A DNA stretch of 64,000 nt from Candidatus Uhrbacteria bacterium (GTDB lineage Bacteria; Patescibacteriota; Patescibacteriia; UBA9934; GWF2-40-263). Below are positions 38,228 to 48,248 of the stretch, piece after piece. The number at the start of each line of letters is the position of its first letter. The first letter of the stretch is position 1. The position numbers and the translations under genes were made by a program. Below the pieces are notes generated by a model. It worked only from the letters and a program-made list of their open reading frames with translations. It had not been told where the DNA came from and ran no database searches. The stretch is taken from the NCBI GenBank assembly GCA_016205975.1, contig JACQSK010000015.1, positions 10,624 through 74,623 on the forward strand, in the 5' to 3' direction.

Positions 38228-38872
38228 ATGGGAAACAAGGTACATCCAAATGCATTCCGCATTGGCGTCATCCGAGGATGGGACGGGGTTTGGTTTGCCA
38301 ATCGCCAGCAGTTTAAGACGTTCCTCAAAGAAGACGTCGCGATTCGGGACGAGCTCAAGAAAATGCTCAAAGAGGCGTTGGTGGATCGGATTGAAATTGA
38401 GCGCGCGCGGGGGGAGATCCGTCTCACGATCTACTCGGCCAAGCCCGGCATCATCATCGGCCGCGGCGGCGCGGGCATTGAGGATCTTACGAAAAAATTG
38501 CGCACGAAGTTTTTTCCCGGACGGCGCGTGAAGATGAGCGTGAACGTCAAAGAAATTCAGAAACCGTCTTTGAGCTCTCAGGTCATCGGCCAGCAGATTG
38601 CGGCCGACATTGAAAAGCGTATGCCGTTCCGACGCGTGATGAAAATGGCGATTGAGCGCGCAAAGAAAGCGGGCGCGCTGGGCGTGAAAGTGACGATTGG
38701 CGGGCGCTTGAACGGTTCAGACATTGCCCGCAAAGAGACGATCGCTGACGGAAAAATCCCTCTGCACAACCTGCGTTCCGATATCGACTTTGCGTCCGTG
38801 AAGGCACAGACGATCTGGGGATCGATCGGCGTGAAGGTGTGGATTAATCGCGGAGAGGTTTTCGAGCCATAG
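38228..38872 (+). CDS. rpsC: 30S ribosomal protein S3
   Basis: [38 protein letters not shown]. Confidence 0.97.
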   Translation: MGNKVHPNAFRIGVIRGWDGVWFANRQQFKTFLKEDVAIRDELKKMLKEALVDRIEIERARGEIRLTIYSAKPGIIIGRGGAGIEDLTKKLRTKFFPGRRVKMSVNVKEIQKPSLSSQVIGQQIAADIEKRMPFRRVMKMAIERAKKAGALGVKVTIGGRLNGSDIARKETIADGKIPLHNLRSDIDFASVKAQTIWGSIGVKVWINRGEVFEP

Positions 38873-38873
38873 T

Positions 38874-39293
38874 ATGTTGATGCCCAAGAAGGTCAAACAT
38901 CGCAAGTGGCACAAGGGCCGCCGTCTCGGCCGCCGCATTGCCACCACCAAGACGATGCTCGCGTTTGGATCGTTTGGTTTGAAAGCGACCAGCGAGTCCT
39001 GGGTCACCTCTCGGCAGATTGAGGCCGCCCGCCGCGCCATGACGCGCGCCGTGGCCCGCGGAGGGAAAATTTGGATTCGCATTTTTCCCGATAAGCCTGT
39101 CACGACCAAGGGGTCGGAGATGCCGATGGGAAAAGGAAAAGGCGCGGTGGATCATTATGTGGCGATCGTGCGGCCCGGCACCATCATGTTTGAGATGGGC
39201 GGCATCGACGAGGCGCTCGCGCGTTCTGCCTTGACGCTCGCTTCCCACAAGCTGCCGGTCACCACCAAAATCGTGACGCGCGAAGTCGTGTAA
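38874..39293 (+). CDS. rplP: 50S ribosomal protein L16
   Basis: [34 protein letters not shown]. Confidence 0.97.
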   Translation: MLMPKKVKHRKWHKGRRLGRRIATTKTMLAFGSFGLKATSESWVTSRQIEAARRAMTRAVARGGKIWIRIFPDKPVTTKGSEMPMGKGKGAVDHYVAIVRPGTIMFEMGGIDEALARSALTLASHKLPVTTKIVTREVV

Positions 39294-39297
39294 CCCT

Positions 39298-39498
39298 ATG
39301 GATATCAAGTCGATCCGATCAAAATCTCAAGAGGTTCTCGCACAAGAACTCGCGCAAGCGCAGACGCACCTGAAGTCTCTGGACTTTAAGCTTGCGGCCA
39401 ACCAGTTAAAGAACGTCCGTGAGAGCCGCAAGACCAAGCGTTTGGTCGCGCGCCTGCAGACGGTGCTGCGCGAAAAGCGAAACGTCTCAACCCCATAA
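39298..39498 (+). CDS. rpmC: 50S ribosomal protein L29
   Basis: 66 aa between rplP and rpsQ; QLKNVR...KRLVARLQTV. Confidence 0.9.
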   Translation: MDIKSIRSKSQEVLAQELAQAQTHLKSLDFKLAANQLKNVRESRKTKRLVARLQTVLREKRNVSTP

Positions 39499-39501
39499 GC
39501 T

Positions 39502-39756
39502 ATGAACAAGAAAACCATTCAACGCACGTTTACCGGAGTCGTCGTCGCCGCCAAGATGGCGAAGACGCTTGTGGTACGCGTCGAGCGCACGGTCGTGCAT
39601 CCCAAGTACGGGAAACGCTATGTGCAAAGCAAGAAGTTTCATGTTCATGACGAAGCACAGGCTCACAAGGCGGGGGACACGGTCACCTTCCGGGCGTGCC
39701 GTCCGATTTCCAAGACGAAGTGTTGGAGGGTGTTAACCCAGCCGTCACAGAAGTAA
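39502..39756 (+). CDS. rpsQ: 30S ribosomal protein S17
   Basis: [27 protein letters not shown]. Confidence 0.96.
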   Translation: MNKKTIQRTFTGVVVAAKMAKTLVVRVERTVVHPKYGKRYVQSKKFHVHDEAQAHKAGDTVTFRACRPISKTKCWRVLTQPSQK

Positions 39757-39757
39757 T

Positions 39758-40129
39758 ATGGTTCAACTTCGATCCATGGTCAAAGTGGCAGACAACACCG
39801 GAGCCCGCAAACTGCAGGTCATTCGTGTGATTGGCGGCTATCAGCAGCGCTATGCCTTCATCGGCGACATTGTGACGGCGGCGGTGAAAGAAGCCGTGCC
39901 GCATGGCACCGTGAAGAAAAGCGATGTTGTCACCGCGGTGATGGTTCGCGCCCGCAAGGAGATTCGACGCAAGGACGGCACCTACATCCGTTTTGACGAG
40001 AACGCGGCCGTGATCATCGATGCCAAGACCAAAGAACCAAAAGGCACGCGTATCTTCGGGCCCGTGGCTCGTGAACTGCGCGCCCTGGGTTTTGGAAAAA
40101 TTATTTCATTGGCCCCCGAGGTCCTCTAG
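39758..40129 (+). CDS. rplN: 50S ribosomal protein L14
   Basis: [34 protein letters not shown]. Confidence 0.98.
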   Translation: MVQLRSMVKVADNTGARKLQVIRVIGGYQQRYAFIGDIVTAAVKEAVPHGTVKKSDVVTAVMVRARKEIRRKDGTYIRFDENAAVIIDAKTKEPKGTRIFGPVARELRALGFGKIISLAPEVL

Positions 40130-40134
40130 ACGCT

Positions 40135-40458
40135 ATGAAGATTAAGACAGGTGACAAAGTCCGTGTCCTCACGGGAAAAGACAAAGGCAAGGAAGGAGCC
40201 GTCCTCCAGGTGTTCCCTGGTCTTCAGCGTGTCGTCGTGGAAGGGGTGAACAAGATGACCAAGCACTTGCGCAAAACCGGACAACGCGCCGGACAGAAAA
40301 TTGAGTTTTCTTCTCCGCTGCATGTTTCCAACGTCGCGCTCGTCTCGCCCAAGAGCGGGAAGACGGGACGCGTGGCCTACAAGAGCATCGAACAAGAAGG
40401 GAAGAAGAAACGCATTCGCGTGATTCGTAAAAAGGGCGTGGTCGAGGACATCGAGTAA
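40135..40458 (+). CDS. rplX: 50S ribosomal protein L24
   Basis: GDKVRVLTGKDKGKEG, VVVEGVN, HVSNV. Confidence 0.97.
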   Translation: MKIKTGDKVRVLTGKDKGKEGAVLQVFPGLQRVVVEGVNKMTKHLRKTGQRAGQKIEFSSPLHVSNVALVSPKSGKTGRVAYKSIEQEGKKKRIRVIRKKGVVEDIE

Positions 40459-40462
40459 TCCT

Positions 40463-41005
40463 ATGGCATTTCAAGACACCTATCGCAAAGACGTTGTTCC
40501 CAAATTGCAAGCTGAGTTTGGGTACAAAAATATCCACGCGGTTCCGACCGTCAAGGCCGTGACGTTGAATGTGGGTCTGGGTTCGGGACTCAAGGACGCC
40601 AAGTTTTTGGAAACCGCCGAGAAAACGCTTACGCGCATCTCGGGACAAAAACCCGTCATGACCAAGTCTCGCAAGTCCATTGCCGGCTTCAAGATTCGTG
40701 AGGGGATGGTGGTGGGAATGAAGGTCACGTTGCGCGGGAAGCGGATGTGGAACTTCCTGGAGAAGCTCATCCGCGTTTCTCTGCCGCGCGTGCGGGACTT
40801 CCGAGGCCTGTCGCCGGACGCCTTTGACGGACAGGGCAACTACTCCATCGGGTTTAAAGAGCACATGGCTTTTCCAGAAATCCGCAGCGACGAGATCGAA
40901 TTGATCCACGGCCTTCAGGTCACCATCGCGACCAATGCTGGAAATGATGCCCAAGCCCGCTCTCTGCTTAAACATCTGGGAATGCCTCTCAAGACCGAGA
41001 ACTAA
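40463..41005 (+). CDS. rplE: 50S ribosomal protein L5
   Basis: [38 protein letters not shown]. Confidence 0.97.
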   Translation: MAFQDTYRKDVVPKLQAEFGYKNIHAVPTVKAVTLNVGLGSGLKDAKFLETAEKTLTRISGQKPVMTKSRKSIAGFKIREGMVVGMKVTLRGKRMWNFLEKLIRVSLPRVRDFRGLSPDAFDGQGNYSIGFKEHMAFPEIRSDEIELIHGLQVTIATNAGNDAQARSLLKHLGMPLKTEN

Positions 41006-41006
41006 T

Positions 41007-41192
41007 ATGGCCACGTCCAATCAAATTGCCAAATCAAAAAAACGCGCCAAGTTTTCGACGCGGATCGTCCACCGTTGCTGGCGGTGCGGACGCGCGCGCG
41101 GGTATATGCGCGTGTTTGGCCTGTGCCGTATCTGTTTTCGAGAGCTCGCCAACCGCGGAGAGATCCCAGGCGTTAAAAAATCAAGTTGGTAG
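41007..41192 (+). CDS. rpsN: 30S ribosomal protein S14, Zn-binding type Z
   Basis: 61 aa; RCWRCGR...[10 protein letters not shown]...PGVKKSSW. Confidence 0.96.
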   Translation: MATSNQIAKSKKRAKFSTRIVHRCWRCGRARGYMRVFGLCRICFRELANRGEIPGVKKSSW

Positions 41193-41210
41193 AACGACCC
41201 CACGCTTCCT

Positions 41211-41603
41211 ATGATTACGGATCCTATCTCGGACATGCTTACACGCATTCGTAACGCTCAGCTGGTTCACCTGCCTGAGATCGTTTTGCCATACTCTAAG
41301 ATCAAGTTCGCGATTGCGAAGATCCTTGAGAAGGAAGGCTACGTCGGCCAGGTGCAACAGACACAAGAGCAGAAGCGGCCCACCCTTAAAATGGAGTTGA
41401 TGTATGACGCGGGCCGGCCGAAGATTCAGATGATCGCGCGCGTCAGCCGACCGAGCCGCCGGGTCTATGCCAAGTCCAGCGACCTGCCACGCGTGCTTTC
41501 CGATTTCGGTATCGCGATCATCTCGACGCCGAACGGCATGATGACGAATAAAGAAGCCCGAGCGCGTCACTTGGGTGGAGAAGTGATTTGCGAAATTTCC
41601 TAA
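41211..41603 (+). CDS. rpsH: 30S ribosomal protein S8
   Basis: TDPISDMLTRIRNA, SRPSRRVY, ISTPNG, GGEVIC. Confidence 0.97.
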   Translation: MITDPISDMLTRIRNAQLVHLPEIVLPYSKIKFAIAKILEKEGYVGQVQQTQEQKRPTLKMELMYDAGRPKIQMIARVSRPSRRVYAKSSDLPRVLSDFGIAIISTPNGMMTNKEARARHLGGEVICEIS

Positions 41604-41604
41604 T

Positions 41605-42168
41605 ATGTCTCGCGTTGGAAAAAAACCTATTCTCATTCCCGCCGGCGTGGAGGTCCTCGTGGAGGGTCAGACCGTTACGGTGAAAGGCCCGAAGGCCACG
41701 CTCGCCACGCAGATCAATCACGCCGTGCGCGCGGATATCGTTCAAGGCCAAGACGGCCGTGAAGTCGTTTTCCTCGTGGACGAGGCCATGGCTTCAGATA
41801 CCAACACACGCGCGCAGTGGGGGACCGCGCGCGCAAACGTCGCCAATCTGGTGAAAGGCGTGACGACAGGATTCACGAAAAAACTGGAAGTGAACGGCGT
41901 GGGCTATCGCGTGAGCGCGTCCGCCGCTGGCCTGGTTTTAAACGTCGGCTTCTCCCACGAGGTGAAGGTCGCCATCCCGAAAGGCATCGAAGCGAGCGTG
42001 GAGGGGAACGTCATTACCCTCACGGGCGCTGATACGCAGGCCGTAGGCGAGCTTGCCGCGCAGCTGCGAGCCATCCGCAAACCCGAACCGTATAAAGGAA
42101 AAGGCATTAAGTATGCCGATGAGGTTGTCCGTCGCAAGGCAGGCAAGACTCAGAAGGCAGGAGCATAA
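41605..42168 (+). CDS. rplF: 50S ribosomal protein L6
   Basis: MSRVGKKPI, GVGYR, GFSH, PEPYKGKGI. Confidence 0.97.
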   Translation: MSRVGKKPILIPAGVEVLVEGQTVTVKGPKATLATQINHAVRADIVQGQDGREVVFLVDEAMASDTNTRAQWGTARANVANLVKGVTTGFTKKLEVNGVGYRVSASAAGLVLNVGFSHEVKVAIPKGIEASVEGNVITLTGADTQAVGELAAQLRAIRKPEPYKGKGIKYADEVVRRKAGKTQKAGA

Positions 42169-42171
42169 CCT

Positions 42172-42528
42172 ATGAGTGGAGCCACCAAACAAAAACGACA
42201 GCACGCTGCCCTGCGCGCACACCGCACGCGTTCCCGGATTCGCGGAACGGCGGCGTGTCCGCGCCTGAGCGTGAAGCGCAGCCTGAAGCATATCTACGCA
42301 CAGCTCATCGATGACGCGCGCGGCGTGACGCTTGTCAGCGCCTCAGACACAGCCGTAGAAGCCAAAGGCCGTCCGGTTGAGGTTGCCCATGCCGTAGGGA
42401 AAAGGCTCGCAGAAAAGGCCGTTGCGGCCGGAATGACTCAAGCTGTGTTTGATCGCGGGAGCTATCGTTATCACGGCCGCGTGGCCGCGATTGCCGATGG
42501 CGCGCGTGAGGGAGGACTCACCATCTAA
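42172..42528 (+). CDS. rplR: 50S ribosomal protein L18
   Basis: PRLSVKRSLKHIYAQLID, FDRGSYRYHGRV, AREGGL. Confidence 0.97.
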   Translation: MSGATKQKRQHAALRAHRTRSRIRGTAACPRLSVKRSLKHIYAQLIDDARGVTLVSASDTAVEAKGRPVEVAHAVGKRLAEKAVAAGMTQAVFDRGSYRYHGRVAAIADGAREGGLTI

Positions 42529-42529
42529 T

Positions 42530-43093
42530 ATGCCAGACCCAAAATATCCATCAAAACCGGCTCGGGGAGGAGGACGCCGCGGCGGGGAAGACGACAAGCG
42601 CGGTCGCGGACGCGGGCGTGGACGCAAAAACGATGAACGAGCTCCTCGCGAGTTCGAGCAGAAGATTTTGGATCTCGCGCGCGTGACGCGCGTGACGGCG
42701 GGAGGGAAGCGCATGACGTTCCGCTGCGCGCTCATCATCGGAGACAAAAAAGGACGCGTGGGTCTTGGGATTGCCAAAGGGGCAGACGTGCAGATTGCCA
42801 TTGAGAAGGCGTACAAGCAAGCCAAGAAAGACGTGCTGGTCGTCCCCATTGTCAACCAGACGCTTCCGCATCCCATTCAGGTGAAGTTCGGTTCCGCGAT
42901 GATCATCTTGAAACCGGCTCCATTGGGAACAGGGCTCAAGAGCGGCGGAGCCATGCGTATGGTTCTTGAATTTGCCGGCGTCCCGAATGCCGTTTCCAAG
43001 ATCGTAAACTCAAGCAACAAAATTAACATTGCTAAGGCGACGCTGGAAGCCATCCGACGTCTGCAACACGCCAAAGCGCCTGTCCGTCTATGA
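42530..43093 (+). CDS. rpsE: 30S ribosomal protein S5
   Basis: RVTRVTAGGKR, IGDKKGRVGLG, KPAPLGTG; Arg/Gly-rich N-terminal extension. Confidence 0.96.
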   Translation: MPDPKYPSKPARGGGRRGGEDDKRGRGRGRGRKNDERAPREFEQKILDLARVTRVTAGGKRMTFRCALIIGDKKGRVGLGIAKGADVQIAIEKAYKQAKKDVLVVPIVNQTLPHPIQVKFGSAMIILKPAPLGTGLKSGGAMRMVLEFAGVPNAVSKIVNSSNKINIAKATLEAIRRLQHAKAPVRL

Positions 43094-43533
43094 CCCTCTC
43101 TCTGCACACCCTGCGACCGCAAAAAGGTTCCGCGAAGTCCAAGAAGCGCGTTGGACGCGGATTAGGTTCGACGGGAACCTATTCAGGACGAGGCGTGAAG
43201 GGTCAGAGCGCCCGCTCCGGTGTCTCCGGCCTCAAGCTCCAAGGTCTGCGCCAGATTATGCTTGCCACGCCAAAGTCGCGCGGGTTTACCAGCGGCTATG
43301 AGCGCGCACAGGCTGTGAACGTCGACGACTTGTCAAAGACGTTTAAGCCAGGCACAAAGGTCACGCCCAAGATGCTTGAGAAGGCGGGTCTCATCGGTCG
43401 CGCCACCTCGCCCGTGAAAGTTCTGGGCGGCGGCGCGATCGCGATCGCCATCACCCTTTCCGGCTGCCGCGTGTCGGCGTCGGCCAAGCAGAAGATCGAG
43501 GCCGCTGGAGGCACGATCGTTGACCGAGTATAA
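43090..43533 (+). CDS. rplO: 50S ribosomal protein L15
   Basis: KRVGRG..S.G..SGRGVKGQSARSG, VKVLG, IEAAGG; overlaps the rpsE stop (no rpmD). Confidence 0.96.
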   Translation: MTLSLHTLRPQKGSAKSKKRVGRGLGSTGTYSGRGVKGQSARSGVSGLKLQGLRQIMLATPKSRGFTSGYERAQAVNVDDLSKTFKPGTKVTPKMLEKAGLIGRATSPVKVLGGGAIAIAITLSGCRVSASAKQKIEAAGGTIVDRV

Positions 43534-43542
43534 TGGAGTGAT

Positions 43543-44805
43543 ATGAATACGCTCCTTCGCATTTGGAAAACCAAAGACATCCGCAACAGTCTCCTGTTCA
43601 TTGGAGCCATGCTCGTGGTCTTCCGTCTGACGGCGCACATTCCGGTCCCCGGCGTCGATACCTCCGTGCTCGGCTCTATTTTTTCCGGCAACCAATTTTT
43701 TGGACTCCTGAATATTTTCTCAGGGGGCACGCTTGAGAACTTTTCCGTTGTGGCCATGGGGGTCATGCCCTACATCACCTCCTCCATCATCTTCCAGCTC
43801 TTGGGCATGATCTTGCCATCCGTGGAGGAGATGCAGAAGGAAGAGCAAGGACGGCAGCGGCTCAATCAGTGGACGCGCCTGGCCACAGTGCCGCTGGCGA
43901 TTGTCCAGGGGTATGGACTGATTTTGCTCCTCTCCCAGCAAGGGCAGTTTTTTACCACGGCCGGCTTCCAAACCATGGCGTTTGCCATTTTGAGCATGAC
44001 CGCCGGGACGATGTTCCTCATGTGGCTGGGAGAATTGATTACAGAGAAAAACATCGGTAACGGTATTTCGATCGTGATCTTGGCGGGCATTTTGGCTGGA
44101 TTGCCTACGACGCTCAGCCAGTCGCTCTCCGTGTTTGACCGCAGCCAGCTGGTGACGCTTATCTTGTTTGTGGCGGCGACCGTCGTGACCGTGGTCGCGA
44201 TCGTGGTGATGCACGAAGCGCAGAGGAACATCCCGGTGCAGTATGCGCGCCAGGTGCACGGCGCACGGCTCTCCGGAGCCGTGAGCTCGCACATCCCGCT
44301 GCGCCTGAACATGAGCGGCGTGATCCCCATCATCTTCGCGATCTCTATCGTCCTGTTCCCCACCGTGCTCGCGCAGTTTTTCTTGAACGCAAAGACGGAA
44401 GTCCTGCGCGCGGCGGCCAACTGGGTTTTGCAGGTCTTCCAAAACCAGATCGTCTATGGGGTGATCTACTTCGTGCTCGTGTTTTTCTTCTCCTATTTCT
44501 ATACCGCCGTCATTTTCCATCCCGACCGTGTGGCCGAGAACATCCAAAAGCAAGGCGGGTTCATTCCTGGCATCCGTCCCGGCAAACAAACGGCCGAGTA
44601 TCTTGGGTGGATCGTGAACCGCATCCTCCTGGTAGGTGCCACCTTCCTTGCCGTGATCGCCGTCTTGCCGCTAGTGGTCCAGAGTCTGACGGGCAACGCT
44701 GCCCTCTCGCTTGGGGGAACCTCCATCTTGATCACGGTTGCCGTGATCGTCGAGAGCGTGAAACAGATCCAGGCGCAGCTGACGATGCGCGAGTACGAAA
44801 TCTAA
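43543..44805 (+). CDS. secY: Preprotein translocase SecY
   Basis: HIPVPG, MGVMPYITSSII, WLGELIT..IGNGIS, GVIPIIFA, FIPGIRPG, GGTSILI; terminator hairpin 44820-44853. Confidence 0.98.
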   Translation: MNTLLRIWKTKDIRNSLLFIGAMLVVFRLTAHIPVPGVDTSVLGSIFSGNQFFGLLNIFSGGTLENFSVVAMGVMPYITSSIIFQLLGMILPSVEEMQKEEQGRQRLNQWTRLATVPLAIVQGYGLILLLSQQGQFFTTAGFQTMAFAILSMTAGTMFLMWLGELITEKNIGNGISIVILAGILAGLPTTLSQSLSVFDRSQLVTLILFVAATVVTVVAIVVMHEAQRNIPVQYARQVHGARLSGAVSSHIPLRLNMSGVIPIIFAISIVLFPTVLAQFFLNAKTEVLRAAANWVLQVFQNQIVYGVIYFVLVFFFSYFYTAVIFHPDRVAENIQKQGGFIPGIRPGKQTAEYLGWIVNRILLVGATFLAVIAVLPLVVQSLTGNAALSLGGTSILITVAVIVESVKQIQAQLTMREYEI

Positions 44806-44869
44806 TCAGGATCTCAACCAAAAGAGGTCGCCCTAGTCGGGTGCCTCTTTTTTGATATACTGGCATGGT

Positions 44870-45484
44870 ATGACATACAAGATATTGCTCATGGGACCCC
44901 AAGGGAGCGGGAAAGGCACGCAGGCCGAGAAGCTCGCCGCACATTTGGGGGTCCCCGCCTTTGGCATGGGACAGCTTCTGCGCGATGAGATCGCCAGCGG
45001 GTCGGAACTGGGGGAGAAGTTTGATGTGATTTTGAAGCGAGGCGATCTGGTCAGCGACAGGGATGCGGCAGAGATGCTCAAGCGCCGCCTCTTAAAACCC
45101 GACACCCAGAACGGCTATATCCTCGACGGCTATCCACGCAACCTCTCCCAGTACGCCGCGTTTGATTTTGACACGCCCACGCACGTCCTCGTGATCGACG
45201 TGCCGCGCGATGAATCGCTGAAGCGCTTGGGAGGACGTCTCACGTGCCGAGCCTGCAACAAGGTTGGTTCCATGGACGACGGAATCAAGCCTGGCGACCG
45301 ATGTGCGTGCGGGGGAGAGTGGTACCAGCGCACGGACGACACGCCCGCGGCTATCGCGCGCCGGCTCGAGATTTATGAAAACGACACGCAGCCGGTCATC
45401 CAAAAGTACGAGGCGCTGGTTGTTCACGTGGATGGCGTCGGATCGGTGGAAGAGGTGGCGGAGCGAATAAAAGCCGTCTTGTAA
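44870..45484 (+). CDS. adk: Adenylate kinase
   Basis: GPQGSGKGTQA, LDGYPRN, Zn-type LID (CRAC...CACG), QRTDD. Confidence 0.93.
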   Translation: MTYKILLMGPQGSGKGTQAEKLAAHLGVPAFGMGQLLRDEIASGSELGEKFDVILKRGDLVSDRDAAEMLKRRLLKPDTQNGYILDGYPRNLSQYAAFDFDTPTHVLVIDVPRDESLKRLGGRLTCRACNKVGSMDDGIKPGDRCACGGEWYQRTDDTPAAIARRLEIYENDTQPVIQKYEALVVHVDGVGSVEEVAERIKAVL

Positions 45485-45487
45485 CGT

Positions 45488-46267
45488 ATGGCCCTTACCA
45501 AATCACAAGAGGAGATCGAGAAGATGCGCCGAGGGGGACACCTGCTTTCTCGCGCCCTGAAGGCCGCCGTCGATGCGGTCGCTCCAGGCGTGAGCTTGCG
45601 TGAGCTGGACACGATTGCCGAGCGTGTCATTGTCGAGGGCGGCGGCGAACCATCGTTCAAAGGATATCGTTCAAAACCCTCTGACGTGCCGTTTCCCAGT
45701 ACGTTGTGTGTTTCTGTGAATGAAGAGATCGTCCATGGGCTTGGGAATCGTGAACGCCCATTGAAGAAAGGCGATATCGTGGGACTCGACATCGGGTGCT
45801 GGTTTGAGGGGCTGTGCACGGACATGGCCGTCACCGTCCCGGTCGGGGAGGTGAGCGATGACGCCAAGAAGTTGATCCAGGTCACAAAGGACTCCCTCAT
45901 GGCGGGCGTGCGCGCCGCAAGAATCGGGGGAGAGATTAAAGACATCAGCACGGCTGTTGAGGCGTACGTGAAGCCCTACGGCTACGGCATTGTCCGCGCC
46001 CTGGTGGGCCATGGCGTTGGCCACGCCGTCCACGAAGACCCGCACGTGCCCAACTACGTGTCTGACCGCTACCCGAAGGTCGTGATCGAAGAGGGGATGT
46101 GCTTGGCCCTTGAGCCGATGCTGGGCATGGGAGGCGACTATCATGTCGAGACAGCGAAAGACGGATGGAGCATCGTGATGGCCGACGGCTCACTCGGCGG
46201 GCATTTTGAAGTCACGATCGCCGTAACAAAAAAAGGCACGGAGATTTTGACGCCTCTGCCGGTATGA
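45488..46267 (+). CDS. map: Methionine aminopeptidase type I
   Basis: CVSVNEEIVHG, GDIVGLDIG, DMAVT, GHGVG..VHEDP, ALEPM, HFEVT. Confidence 0.96.
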   Translation: MALTKSQEEIEKMRRGGHLLSRALKAAVDAVAPGVSLRELDTIAERVIVEGGGEPSFKGYRSKPSDVPFPSTLCVSVNEEIVHGLGNRERPLKKGDIVGLDIGCWFEGLCTDMAVTVPVGEVSDDAKKLIQVTKDSLMAGVRAARIGGEIKDISTAVEAYVKPYGYGIVRALVGHGVGHAVHEDPHVPNYVSDRYPKVVIEEGMCLALEPMLGMGGDYHVETAKDGWSIVMADGSLGGHFEVTIAVTKKGTEILTPLPV

Positions 46268-46656
46268 GAATCCTCGGCGTCGATTACGGCGACAAAAAAA
46301 TCGGGCTCGCATTCGGGGACTCTGTTGCGCATGTGGCTGTGCCGTTGGACGTTGTTCCCAATTTGGGCGCGGAGACGCTGCAGGTCTTTGCCAAAAAGGT
46401 CTCGGCAGAAGACATTGATCTGATCGTGGTGGGCGTGCCGTTGTCCACGGGCGCGCATCATTCATCCGTCCAGCTCGAGAAGACTCGCGCATTCATCCAA
46501 GCGCTCCAGGGTGCTGTGGCCGTGCCGGTCGTAGAGGAAGACGAGTCCTATACGAGCGCGGAGAGCATCCGGTTGCAACGCGAGGAGGGTGCGCAGGCGT
46601 ATGAGGATGCGCTCTCGGCTATGCTTATCGTTCAAGCGTACTTAGAACATCTATGA
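46264..46656 (+). CDS. ruvX: Holliday junction resolvase-like / pre-16S rRNA nuclease RuvX (YqgF)
   Basis: LGVDYGDKKIGLA, IVVGVP, DESYTS, DALSAMLI. Confidence 0.92.
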   Translation: MRILGVDYGDKKIGLAFGDSVAHVAVPLDVVPNLGAETLQVFAKKVSAEDIDLIVVGVPLSTGAHHSSVQLEKTRAFIQALQGAVAVPVVEEDESYTSAESIRLQREEGAQAYEDALSAMLIVQAYLEHL

Positions 46657-47093
46657 ATCATCTTACACGTGTGTTCTTCGTTCTTTTGGTCCTGGTTGGC
46701 GTGTATTGGTTATGGCAGGATGCGGAGGAGCCCGTCGAAGCGCCGTCGACGGAGTTTGTTTCAGAGGGTGGCGTGATCCTGCGTGTCACTTCGCCTCTGA
46801 AAGAGGCGCTCGTGATCTCGCCTCTCATGCTCACAGGAGAAGCGCCGGGCACATGGTACTTTGAGGCGAGCTTTCCTATCGTGCTTGTGGACTGGGATGG
46901 ACGCATCATTGCGCAGGGACACGCGGAAGCTCAAGCGGACTGGATGACAGAGATCCTCGTCCCGTTTGTAGCGACGCTTGAGTTTACGAAGCCCGACTAC
47001 GGCACGACCGGCGCCTTGATTTTGCAGCGCGATAATCCATCGGGGCTTCCCGAGAACGATGATGCCGTGGAGGTTCCTATTCGATTTGAATAA
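46653..47093 (+). CDS. Membrane-anchored Gmad2-like Ig-fold protein
   Basis: N-terminal TM; SPL..TGEA.GTWYFEASFP, DWMT...PF, DNPSGLPEND. Confidence 0.75.
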   Translation: MNHLTRVFFVLLVLVGVYWLWQDAEEPVEAPSTEFVSEGGVILRVTSPLKEALVISPLMLTGEAPGTWYFEASFPIVLVDWDGRIIAQGHAEAQADWMTEILVPFVATLEFTKPDYGTTGALILQRDNPSGLPENDDAVEVPIRFE

Positions 47094-47096
47094 CCT

Positions 47097-47753
47097 ATGC
47101 GTATCTCTCCCTTAGCCGCGTTTGCCCTCCTGCCCCTCTTGGGTGCTGGATGTGTCTCGTCCATTGCCACCCATCCCATGCCCGATGAGTTTTGGGGTTC
47201 TGGTTCCTGGAGGTTCGATTCTCAAGAAGAGCGTTTGCACGATGGCGCAAGCGGCGTGGCGCTCGTGGTCCTGAAGTTCACACGCATCACGGGCGACCAG
47301 TACGAGATTTTCGGCGACGTGACTTACGTTGAGGACGAAATGCGCTGCGACGAAGCGCAGCCTTCCGGCCGTATCTGTCCCCTGAACACCTGCAGCTATG
47401 TGAATGCGGACCCCGGCACCATCGCCGGCACAGCCGAGGTGACAAATGGCGTGCTGACGCTCAAGCCGGTCTGGAACGGCGACGATCTGCCGATGGAGCG
47501 CGTGCGTTTCTCCTGTAGAACGGACGGCGACATGGAGCACGACACCGCGGCGGTACGTTCGACCATGGATGTCTATGGTGCGGGGTTTGTGGACACCGTC
47601 TGGACGATGGACGTGGACGGCATCACATTCATCGACGATTTGCCAGGCGGCGAGGTGACGGACACGAAGACCGCGTCCAAGAGTTTTGAGACGGAAGTCG
47701 GGCTGGTCAAAGCGGAGGGGTTGTTTGCCTTGTATCGGAATGAACCGGAGTAG
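47097..47753 (+). CDS. Putative lipoprotein, hypothetical
   Basis: Signal peptide ending in LLGAGC lipobox. Confidence 0.7.
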   Translation: MRISPLAAFALLPLLGAGCVSSIATHPMPDEFWGSGSWRFDSQEERLHDGASGVALVVLKFTRITGDQYEIFGDVTYVEDEMRCDEAQPSGRICPLNTCSYVNADPGTIAGTAEVTNGVLTLKPVWNGDDLPMERVRFSCRTDGDMEHDTAAVRSTMDVYGAGFVDTVWTMDVDGITFIDDLPGGEVTDTKTASKSFETEVGLVKAEGLFALYRNEPE

Positions 47754-47873
47754 AGAACGCTGGGTTTTGTCCCCTTGACTTGCGTTTTTTAGGTGTATAC
47801 TTAGGACACTGGAGTCATAATTCATCTCATTAAATAACGTACGGTAAAGTCTAACCTATCTTAGTCTCATCCT

Positions 47874-48239
47874 ATGCAGACACTCTTTCTCATCGGCCAG
47901 GTCGTGCTTGGCGTCTACTTCATCCAAGCCGGCCTTACACATCTCACCAAGCTCGACATGCTGAGCGGCTACGCAGCATCGAAAAACGTGCCAGCGCCCA
48001 AGCTCGCCGTGGGCGTGACAGGGCTCATGCTGCTGTTGGGCGGCGTGGGCGTGCTGTTCCAGTATCAACTCGTCTGGGCCTACGGATTTCTCGTCGCGTT
48101 TCTCGTCCTGGCCGCCTTTACTATGCATCGGTACTGGGCTGACCAAGACCCGAACATGAAAATGTCGAACCGCGTGAATTTCCAAAAAAATCTGGCTCTC
48201 GCCGCCGCGCTTATCATGCTACTCGCACTGCAAGCATAG
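47874..48239 (+). CDS. DoxX family membrane protein
   Basis: Four TM segments; AGLTH, MHRYW, NFQKNLAL. Confidence 0.85.
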   Translation: MQTLFLIGQVVLGVYFIQAGLTHLTKLDMLSGYAASKNVPAPKLAVGVTGLMLLLGGVGVLFQYQLVWAYGFLVAFLVLAAFTMHRYWADQDPNMKMSNRVNFQKNLALAAALIMLLALQA

Positions 48240-48248
48240 AACAGGAGT

